From positions 1-36,387 of the forward strand of contig NYYQ01000012.1 in assembly GCA_002686855.1 (NCBI GenBank): a stretch of DNA of 36,387 nt. Direction: 5' to 3'. Below the pieces are notes generated by a model. That model did no database searches. It worked only from the letters and a program-made list of their open reading frames with translations, and had not been told where the DNA came from. Origin of the DNA: Candidatus Woesearchaeota archaeon. GTDB lineage: Archaea > Nanobdellota > Nanobdellia > Woesearchaeales > GW2011-AR4. A program made the position numbers and the translations under genes. Positions 18,554 to 26,199 of this stretch are shown here, piece by piece. Position 1 is the first letter of the stretch. The number at the start of each line of letters is the position of its first letter.

Positions 18554-19147
18554 TTATTTGTTGAACAGTTTTGGAAAGTCCATACCAATCCTTCTCATTA
18601 CCCCTACTTTGTCTCTTTCTCCTTCTCCTCCAGTAATAAATGCTATGATAACACCAAACATGATTAACATTACAACTACACCTAGAGCATCAGAACCAAA
18701 AGTATCATCCATCCAATTGGTAATGGAAGAACCTCCCCATCCTGCAGCACTGCCAAATATCATGGCTAAAAAAATAACAGAAATAAGGGCTACCCATCCA
18801 GGCATTGTCGCACCAAGTAATATTTTTTCATGTCCAAAAACCCCTATCATGATCATCAATGCTACAATTGCAACAACAAATATTCCTACTTGGGGTAAAA
18901 CACTGTTAATTATTTCAACAGGATCAATCCCAGCAGGCAAATCTCCAGTTATATGAGGTATGATGACTGTCAATGCAAAAACAAGGGCTATGGCTGAATT
19001 CATATTTCTTTTTTCCTCTCCAAAAATCTTGCTTTTTTCCAAAACTGCAAATATTACAGTAAATATAAGAAGAAATGGTAGCATAACATCTGTAAAACCA
19101 AAGTCTTCCAATGCCTCAAAAAATTCCTCAAGTCCACTATTTGCCAT
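18554..19147 (-). CDS. Multi-pass membrane protein, paralog 2
   Basis: GFTDVMLPFLLIFTVIFAVLEKSKIFG…NMNSAIALVFAL; about 5 TM segments. Confidence 0.85.
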   Translation of the reverse strand: MANSGLEEFFEALEDFGFTDVMLPFLLIFTVIFAVLEKSKIFGEEKRNMNSAIALVFALTVIIPHITGDLPAGIDPVEIINSVLPQVGIFVVAIVALMIMIGVFGHEKILLGATMPGWVALISVIFLAMIFGSAAGWGGSSITNWMDDTFGSDALGVVVMLIMFGVIIAFITGGEGERDKVGVMRRIGMDFPKLFNK

Positions 19148-19200
19148 TAACCATCACTTTTTTGCTTAGTATGTATTATTAAATTTAAACTTTTTAAACT

Positions 19201-19749
19201 TTACGATGATTTCTTCTCAGGTTTCCTATCTTGGGTTACGTATACAATAAAAAATACCACTAAAACTAGTAATACTACTGATCCCACAAGTTCTCCACCG
19301 CTTGAACCGCTGAAAAAATCAGATGTTTCATCAAGCAATCCAAAAGCATCAAGGAAAATAAATGCTAGGCCAAGAAAAACTATAACCATAAACACGGTCT
19401 TCCAGCCGCCTTCCAAAAAAACACCTTCTGGTTTTTCCTGGAAAAATGACCCCACTAAAAGCAGGAAAAGCACTATTAAGAAAAGCAATACCACGAAGCT
19501 GGCTGATACCTGTGTTATGATCTCAACTAACTCTGAAGAACCAACAACAAAAAATGATATCACAAAAGCAGCTATAGAGTTAAGATTTTTCTTTGTATAA
19601 GTTTTGTCACCTATCTTCTCCACACCAAAAACTTTTGTTCTTTCCAATAACGCAAAAACAATCGTAAAAACAAGAAGGAAAGGCAACACTACATCAAAGA
19701 TACCTATACTATCAAAAAACTCCATTATATCTCTAAATGCACTGGCCAT
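19201..19749 (-). CDS. Multi-pass membrane protein, paralog 1
   Basis: GIFDVVLPFLLVFTIVFALLERTKVFG…NLNSIAAFVISF; about 5 TM segments. Confidence 0.85.
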   Translation of the reverse strand: MASAFRDIMEFFDSIGIFDVVLPFLLVFTIVFALLERTKVFGVEKIGDKTYTKKNLNSIAAFVISFFVVGSSELVEIITQVSASFVVLLFLIVLFLLLVGSFFQEKPEGVFLEGGWKTVFMVIVFLGLAFIFLDAFGLLDETSDFFSGSSGGELVGSVVLLVLVVFFIVYVTQDRKPEKKSS

Positions 19750-19859
19750 CTTTTTTAATTATTTTATTGAGTAAACTATATATAAACTTTTCGAAAATAC
19801 CTTCATAAAAAACATGGTTATAAATTTAAAAAACTTTATAAAACAGGGGAGTTTACAAA

Positions 19860-20142
19860 AGTCAAAAACCACACATCAGAGATGAGTAGTGTGTTTTTAC
19901 TATAGCTAGTATTGTCTGGTGGTTTTTGACTAAGCGAATTCCACCAATCATACACACAAAACTCGTAGATTTTCATGAGAATTGGTGGAATTTTAGTGTG
20001 TCAAAAACCACCCATCACAGATGGGTGGCATGATGAACATAACTATCTACAGCAAGTGGTTTTTGACGCCAGGAATACTACCAATAATGATGGTGGTTTT
20101 CGAGCACTACTCATACCACCAATCTAAGATTGGTGGTATTCC
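19860..20142. repeat. Two tandem units of a palindromic A+B hairpin repeat (REP/BIME- or MITE-like)
   Basis: A1 AGTCAAAAACCAC…GTGGTTTTTGACT (19860-19931); B1 AATTCCACCAAT…ATTGGTGGAATT (19937-19992); A2 (20000-20067); B2 (20072-20142). Third unit at 36144-36265. Confidence 0.85.
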
Positions 20143-20152
20143 GTTGTATTAA

Positions 20153-20719
20153 ATGCTAAATGCAAAAGAATTTGAAAAAATAAGGGAAGACTTAGCTGCT
20201 TTTGAAGCTAAAAGAGAGTCTGTAATACAAAAATCCAGGGAGATCATTAACTTATCTAAAAGAATAATTTATGCCTTGCATAGAAATGATGTAAAGACTG
20301 CTTCTTCTCTTGTAAAGGATATTGAAAAGGGGAAAAAAACCCTTACAAATGTAAGAATGGATACAAACATAAATATTGTTGCCTTGCAGGAATATGCTGA
20401 AGCCCTATGCTATTATCACTTTGTCAAAAACAAAAAAATACCAACTGCAACATCATTAAAAATTGGCAATGAAAGCTATTTGCTTGGTTTATGTGATTTA
20501 ACCGGGGAACTAGTAAGAAAAGCAGTAAATGACGTTATAAATAAAAATTTTAAAGCCGCCTTTGAAATCAAAAATCTTGTTGAGGAGATATATGGTGAAT
20601 TTCTAAAATTTAATCTAAGAAACTCTGAATTAAGAAAGAAATCAGACCAGATAAAATGGAATTTGAAGAAACTAGAAGATGTTGTTTTTGAACTAAAGCT
20701 GAAAGGTAAATTAAAATGA
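20153..20719 (+). CDS. Translin/Trax (archaeal C3PO) family RNA-binding endoribonuclease
   Basis: RESVIQKSREIINLSKRIIYALHR, ALQEYAEA, YLLGLCDLTGELVRKA, LRKKSD signatures. Confidence 0.88.
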   Translation: MLNAKEFEKIREDLAAFEAKRESVIQKSREIINLSKRIIYALHRNDVKTASSLVKDIEKGKKTLTNVRMDTNINIVALQEYAEALCYYHFVKNKKIPTATSLKIGNESYLLGLCDLTGELVRKAVNDVINKNFKAAFEIKNLVEEIYGEFLKFNLRNSELRKKSDQIKWNLKKLEDVVFELKLKGKLK

Positions 20720-22461
20720 GGACGCATACTTGTGGAGAATTAACAAAAAAAGATATAAAAAAAACTGTTTCTTTATCGGGTTGGGTTCAAAGCAGTAGAG
20801 ATCATGGGGGCATTATTTTCATTGACTTAAGGGACAGGTATGGCCTTACCCAGATAGTTTTTGACCCAAAACACAACAAAAAAAATCATGCAGAAGCTGA
20901 AAAACTAAGAAGGGAAGATGTTATTGCAGTAAAAGGCAAAGTAAGGCATAGAGGCAAAGGTCTTGAAAACCCCAATCTTAAAACAGGAGAAATAGAAATC
21001 CTTGTTGATGAATTAGAAGTATTAAGTAAAGCAGATACACCTCCCATTGAGGTAGAAAATAGAATTGATGCAAATGAAGACATAAGGTTAAAATATAGGT
21101 TTTTAGATTTAAGAAGGCCAAAGATGCAGAAACATTTGCTAGTTAGGCATCAGGCTGCTCAGGCTGCTCGTGCTTATTTGGATAAAAATAATTTTCTTGA
21201 GATTGAAACACCGATGCTTGTTAAGGCAACTCCAGAAGGCGCTAGAGATTATATTGTCCCATCACGTACAAATCCCGGCAAATGGTTTGCATTGCCTCAA
21301 AGCCCCCAATTATACAAGCAAATTTTAATGGTTTCTGGTTTTGACCGTTATTACCAGCTAGCCAGATGCTTGAGGGATGAGGATTTAAGGCAAGATAGGC
21401 AGCCAGAACATACTCAGATTGATCTAGAGATGAGTTTTGTTGAGCAGGAAGATGTCTTAAACATGGTTGAAGGGCTTTATAAGCACATGATGAAATCTGT
21501 TCTTGAAATTGATATTAAAGAAAAGTTTCCCAGAATGTCTTATGCAGAAGCAATAGATAGGTTTGGAACAGACAAGCCAGATTTAAGATTTAAGCTTGAA
21601 TTAATTGACGTAACAGATATTGTAAAAGATTCTGATTTTGAAGTCTTTAAGAAAACTGAACAGGTTAAATGCCTTGCTCCTGAAAAAGATTTTTCCAGAA
21701 AAGAACTTGACGAATATATAAATTTCTGCCAGCAGAATGGTGCAAAGGGAATGGCATGGATGCGTGTTACAAAAAAAGGCCTTGAAAGCAATATTGTAAA
21801 ATTCTTTAATCCTTCTATTCAAAAAAAATTATTGCAAAAAACAAAAGCAAAGAAAGGTGTCTTAATGTTTATTGCCGATAAGCCAGAAGCTGTTGCTGAA
21901 ATATTAGGCAAATTAAGATTAAAATTAAGTGAAGATTTGAAATTGACCAATAAAAAAGATTTCGAGTTCTGCTGGGTTTTGGATTTTCCTTTATTTGAAT
22001 GGGATGATGAAAACAGTAAATGGATGCCTTGCCACCACATCTTCACAGCTCCGAATAAAGAACACTTGAAGTTTTTGGAGAAAAACCCGGAAAAAGTTCA
22101 TGCAAACTTATATGATTTAGTCTTAAATGGTGTTGAATTAGGCTCTGGCTCAATAAGGGAAACTAATCCTGAAATTCAAAAGAAACTTTTTAAGATGATT
22201 GGCTTAAGTGATAAGGAAGCCCAAAGAAAATTTGGTTTCTTAATGGATGCTTTCAAATACGGAACTCCGCCGCATGGAGGTATTGGACTTGGCTTTGATA
22301 GAATAGTGGCCTTAATGTGCAACCATCATGACATTAGGGAAGTCATAGCCTTCCCAAAAAACAAAAACGCAGAATGCCCAATGGATGGAAGCCCTTCAGA
22401 TGTACCAGACAACCAACTCAAAGAACTTCATGTTAAAAGTGATTTGGTTAAGAAGCAGTAA
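20716..22461 (+). CDS. aspS: Aspartyl-tRNA synthetase, bacterial type with GAD insertion (probably non-discriminating)
   Basis: 581 aa; MRTHTCGEL, RDHGGIIFIDLRD, TPEGARDY, LPQSPQLYKQILM, RDEDLRQDRQPE, GTDKPDLRF, YGTPPHGGIGLGFDR. Confidence 0.95.
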   Translation: MRTHTCGELTKKDIKKTVSLSGWVQSSRDHGGIIFIDLRDRYGLTQIVFDPKHNKKNHAEAEKLRREDVIAVKGKVRHRGKGLENPNLKTGEIEILVDELEVLSKADTPPIEVENRIDANEDIRLKYRFLDLRRPKMQKHLLVRHQAAQAARAYLDKNNFLEIETPMLVKATPEGARDYIVPSRTNPGKWFALPQSPQLYKQILMVSGFDRYYQLARCLRDEDLRQDRQPEHTQIDLEMSFVEQEDVLNMVEGLYKHMMKSVLEIDIKEKFPRMSYAEAIDRFGTDKPDLRFKLELIDVTDIVKDSDFEVFKKTEQVKCLAPEKDFSRKELDEYINFCQQNGAKGMAWMRVTKKGLESNIVKFFNPSIQKKLLQKTKAKKGVLMFIADKPEAVAEILGKLRLKLSEDLKLTNKKDFEFCWVLDFPLFEWDDENSKWMPCHHIFTAPNKEHLKFLEKNPEKVHANLYDLVLNGVELGSGSIRETNPEIQKKLFKMIGLSDKEAQRKFGFLMDAFKYGTPPHGGIGLGFDRIVALMCNHHDIREVIAFPKNKNAECPMDGSPSDVPDNQLKELHVKSDLVKKQ

Positions 22462-22481
22462 TTTAGTTCTTTCTTTTTGAA

Positions 22482-23354
22482 AAAGTTCGTATAACTCACC
22501 TTTCACTCACAAATAGTTCGCAAAAAGTGTGTTACATGTTCGTGAGTGTCGCTTCTACATTATTATTTTACGTGTGTGCAGAATGTAATAACACAGCCAA
22601 TGAATTAGTTAGGACTATTTTAATAAAAAAAGTAAATAATACACCCCATCTTTATATAGAAAATTTTATTTTTAACAATCTAGAAATAAATAATCATCTG
22701 GTTTTTTAGTAGTTTTTATAAAGTTTCAATACTAAAGGCTCTATAGAATGGATTTCAAATGGAAGATTATATTTATTATATCTGTATTAATTATTTTATT
22801 TACCTTATCGGTCCCTTTTAATAGATGTGAAATCACTACAGAATACTATGGAATAGATTACCAGATAGGTAAACATAATGAGACTTTACCCTTATTTGTT
22901 GTATTGATGGAAAATTCAACACTATTCCCATGTAAAATAAATAGTGTTAGTATAAGCTAATGTAAAATAAAAAAGCACTAGTTTACTTGCTCTTTATTCT
23001 TCACACACGTCGATTTATCTCTCTCGCTTAATGTATGTACATTAAACGTAAACTTCGCGGATCTTTTCATTTCTAAAAAGACAAAACAATTCTAAAATAA
23101 TATAAGAACTAAATCCGAATTTCCATCAAAGAAAATTCGGGCGACACTCACAACTAAATCCTCACGAATTCGGACATCAAAATCCTCATTCGTTGCGGCT
23201 TAGCTCATGTAACACATCTTAAATGATTCACTCACTCAGCCATCAAAGGCTTCGTTCGCTCAACTAACTTTTTTCTCCGAAAAAAGTCTCGTCAGTCGGG
23301 TTGCCATACTGACGAGCCTATCGGTCATTTAAGAAAGTCCGTTACACGAACTTT
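22482..23354. mobile_element. ~870-bp element bounded by nested long-range inverted repeats, enclosing a small ORF
   Basis: Five collinear IR pairs of 8-15 bp between 22482-22584 and 22996-23354, plus a multi-hairpin right arm. Mobility is inferred, not shown. Confidence 0.5.
22748..22960 (+). CDS. Small protein with N-terminal signal/anchor helix (cargo of the fold-back element)
   Basis: 70 aa; MDFKWK followed by a hydrophobic stretch; two Cys; TATA-like TTTATAAA at about 22715. Confidence 0.55.
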   Translation: MDFKWKIIFIISVLIILFTLSVPFNRCEITTEYYGIDYQIGKHNETLPLFVVLMENSTLFPCKINSVSIS

Positions 23355-23401
23355 ACTGTTTGTCCTTAAATTTATATACTAACTAATAATTCCCTATTCC
23401 C

Positions 23402-23950
23402 ATGCAAATAAACCTAATAACATCAAACTTAAGCAAAGTAAAAGAATTCAAAGCAATACTGGGAGATAAAGTTCAAATTAACCACCTCAATATTGAATAT
23501 AAAGAACTAAGAAGCAATAACCCTGAAGAGATAGCAAAAGAATCAGCTAAAAGGCTTGCAGATGAATTAAACAAGACAGTAGTAGTTGAAGACTCTGGTT
23601 TGTTCATAAAAGCATTAAATGATTTTCCAGGAACCTGCTCAGCATATATCCATAAAAGAATAGGATTAAAAGGAATTTTAAAGCTGATGGAAAACATTGA
23701 AGATAGAACTTGCTTTTACAAATCAGCAGTTGCTTACTGCGAACCAAATAAACAACCAATTTCTTTCCTAGGTGAAGAAAAGGGAACTATAGCATTAGAA
23801 GAAAAAGGAGCCCATGGCTTTGGTCATGATACTATTTTTATTCCAGAAAGCAGCAATAAAACCTATGGAGAAATAGAAAAATGCGAAACTATTAAAAGAT
23901 TCAGAAAAATCGCGATTGAGAAACTGAAAGACTGCCTGGAGGAACAATAA
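23402..23950 (+). CDS. Non-canonical purine NTP pyrophosphatase (Ham1/RdgB/ITPase family)
   Basis: ITSNLSKVKE, VVVEDSGLFIKALNDFPG, GFGHDTIFIP. Confidence 0.88.
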   Translation: MQINLITSNLSKVKEFKAILGDKVQINHLNIEYKELRSNNPEEIAKESAKRLADELNKTVVVEDSGLFIKALNDFPGTCSAYIHKRIGLKGILKLMENIEDRTCFYKSAVAYCEPNKQPISFLGEEKGTIALEEKGAHGFGHDTIFIPESSNKTYGEIEKCETIKRFRKIAIEKLKDCLEEQ

Positions 23951-24540
23951 TGATAAAGAAAATAAAAGAGTTGATGGAAACAAAAGAAGAGATAAATGTA
24001 ATAAAAAACAATCTAAGCTATACCTCAACTGCTGTGTCAGAATTAAAAGAAGAAATAAGCTCCTTAAAAGAGCACCTAAACAACAATTTAGAAGAAGTCA
24101 GCCATAAATCCACTGAAATCCTCAAAAACTTCCAGGAAAACATGGATAAAATAAAGGATGTGAATCATAATTTCGAAAAAGAATTCTTTCAATTCAAACT
24201 ATTAAAATCGCAGATGCAAAAGAAAGTGATGGAAAAGTTTGAGGAAGAGCTTGACAAAGAGCTTAAGATACAAAGTGAAAAATTAGAAAGTGATGCAGAA
24301 ATTTACAATGAATTAAGAGAAAATATTGAAGAGATAACAACAAAAGTAAACAACTTAGGAGAAGAAATAAACAAATTCATAGAAATAAGCCAGACTATAA
24401 AGAAAGAAGACTTTGAGATGACAAGGTTTGCAAACAAATTAAGGGAAATGGACAGGGAAAAATTAGACTTAATGAGAAAGCTTGATACTATGGAAAGATT
24501 AGTTTCAAAAATGAGAAGGAATGAACATATCATAAGATGA
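23950..24540 (+). CDS. Coiled-coil hypothetical protein
   Basis: 196-aa E/K-rich heptad ORF, translationally coupled to both neighbours (TAATG and ATGA overlaps). Confidence 0.75.
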   Translation: MIKKIKELMETKEEINVIKNNLSYTSTAVSELKEEISSLKEHLNNNLEEVSHKSTEILKNFQENMDKIKDVNHNFEKEFFQFKLLKSQMQKKVMEKFEEELDKELKIQSEKLESDAEIYNELRENIEEITTKVNNLGEEINKFIEISQTIKKEDFEMTRFANKLREMDREKLDLMRKLDTMERLVSKMRRNEHIIR

Positions 24541-25007
24541 ATCTAAGAAAAGCTACTGTAAACGATGCAAATGGAATTTCTAAAGTTTTAATAGAAAGCT
24601 ATAATATAAAAGATTTAGAAGAAGGACAACAAATTTTCGAAGAAGAAAGAGCCAAATCACACCATTATATTGTTGCTGAAAAAGATGAAAAAATTATTGG
24701 AATTGTAACATGGCTTATGCACGGCTTGCCAAAACACCAATTAGCAGAACTTGACAGGATTGCAGTCCTTCCAGAATACCAAGGCAAAGGGGTTGCAAAA
24801 CAATTATTCAATGTCTTAGTAGAACATGCAAACGAATTCTTCAAAAAACATAACTCAAAATTAAGAAAACTGTACCTATTAACACATGCTGATAATGAAA
24901 GGGCCCATAAATTCTATGAAAAAATGGGATTTAAGCATGAAACAACTTTAAAACAGCATTACTACAAAGACAAGGATGAATTTGTTTTTAGCATGTTTTT
25001 TGATTGA
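24537..25007 (+). CDS. GNAT family N-acetyltransferase
   Basis: RIAVLPEYQGKGVAKQL acetyl-CoA motif; NERAHKFYEKMGF. Confidence 0.88.
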   Translation: MNLRKATVNDANGISKVLIESYNIKDLEEGQQIFEEERAKSHHYIVAEKDEKIIGIVTWLMHGLPKHQLAELDRIAVLPEYQGKGVAKQLFNVLVEHANEFFKKHNSKLRKLYLLTHADNERAHKFYEKMGFKHETTLKQHYYKDKDEFVFSMFFD

Positions 25008-25022
25008 ATTATTTTTTTATTA

Positions 25023-25067
25023 TCGTGAAATGCACTAATTAGTTTAATTATTATCTGCATTTCACGA
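25023..25067. terminator. 12-bp perfect inverted repeat between convergent genes
   Basis: TCGTGAAATGCA (25023-25034) and TGCATTTCACGA (25056-25067). Confidence 0.4.
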
Positions 25068-25259
25068 GATTAGAAATGTGTTCAAATTTCATCTAATCAA
25101 CGCATTTCTCTATATGTTTTGTTAAAAAGTTTATTCATTGAATTGTTATAAAATTCTAGGCAGTTTTGATAAAACCCATTTACTTTTGTTAAAAGAGCTG
25201 ATGCATGTCTTTCTTGTGTCAAATCAGTTTCTAAAACAACTTCCAAAGCCGCATCATAA

Positions 25260-26084
25260 TCATTTTTTTGCCGGAGGGCCTGCGGCGCTTTCATCAAGTA
25301 CACTAAGGAAACACCCGCCATCCTTGAAGTTGCCCCCGCCAACAGCATCAGACCTAAAATAGGAACCGCTGACAAACCAAGGACGCGCCTTGTATCCATC
25401 TTCACCAATTCTGATAACAAAACTCATGCCTGCTCCTCTTGAAAAACATCCTTTTTCTTCAGCCTTTGGAATATATTTTTCTTTTAAAAACTTAGAAGCC
25501 TCTTCATAATCCTTTTCAGATGCCTTATTTTTTCCAACAGCCAGTTCCAGCCATCCATCATGTGTCGGGATTTCATCCTGTGTCAACCAATCATTTATCC
25601 TAAATCCACCTGCTTCTTTTAAGTCAGATAAGTTATATCCTCTCTCGTTTAATTGTTTCCTTATACCTTCATATTTGTCAGCTCGTATTGCATAATCTCC
25701 TTTAGCCCCTTCTATATCTGATTTACCTATAATTATAAATTCTGTTCCTTCTGACTGCTTGTATGTATCTTTATCTATTGGAATATATCTGTCTACATAT
25801 GTTTCATCTATGCCAAATGTGTCTTCATTTATAGACGAATTAACTATTTTGCTTAAATCAAAATCATGATCGATTCTAAAGCAACATCTGTTATCTTGAT
25901 TTACTCCGCCACTTAGATTTATTGTCTTTGAATTAAGCACAGTATCTTTCCATAAGTCTTTTCTATCTTCTAAAACAGGAGTTTTTACTCTGGTAATTAA
26001 GTTCTCCACCATAGAATAAGCTGCATTACCTAGTTCTCTTAACCCTTTTTGAACAGTGGCGTACTCTAATAATTTTAATACCAT
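25260..26084 (-). CDS. Hypothetical protein with a DGR-like variable C-terminus (putative CLec-fold target)
   Basis: C-terminus RPWFVSGSYFRSDAVGGGNFKDGGCFLSV encoded mostly by NNY codons, followed by a GC-rich GCC-GCA-GGC hairpin. Confidence 0.65.
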   Translation of the reverse strand: MVLKLLEYATVQKGLRELGNAAYSMVENLITRVKTPVLEDRKDLWKDTVLNSKTINLSGGVNQDNRCCFRIDHDFDLSKIVNSSINEDTFGIDETYVDRYIPIDKDTYKQSEGTEFIIIGKSDIEGAKGDYAIRADKYEGIRKQLNERGYNLSDLKEAGGFRINDWLTQDEIPTHDGWLELAVGKNKASEKDYEEASKFLKEKYIPKAEEKGCFSRGAGMSFVIRIGEDGYKARPWFVSGSYFRSDAVGGGNFKDGGCFLSVLDESAAGPPAKK

Positions 26085-26199
26085 TTTAAAACTAAGAAAA
26101 CATATTAATTTATAAATTTTTTTGATTTTGCCACTTTAGGATAGTATTGACACATTTGAATTTTTGGAAAATGATATCACTTTGTAAAATCTCCTATTT

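Noticed and set aside
19860-20142. CRISPR array
   Set aside because: Repeats are inverted arms of alternating hairpins with homologous loops, not identical direct repeats with unique spacers; no cas genes in the window.
22527-22709. 60-aa ORF MCYMFVSV…
   Set aside because: GTG start inside the left inverted-repeat arm, no recognisable features; probably spurious.
23104-23354. Group II intron or tRNA/SRP/RNase P RNA
   Set aside because: No GTGCG 5' end or domain V motif, no T-loop or acceptor stem, and no conserved SRP/RNase P motifs recognised.
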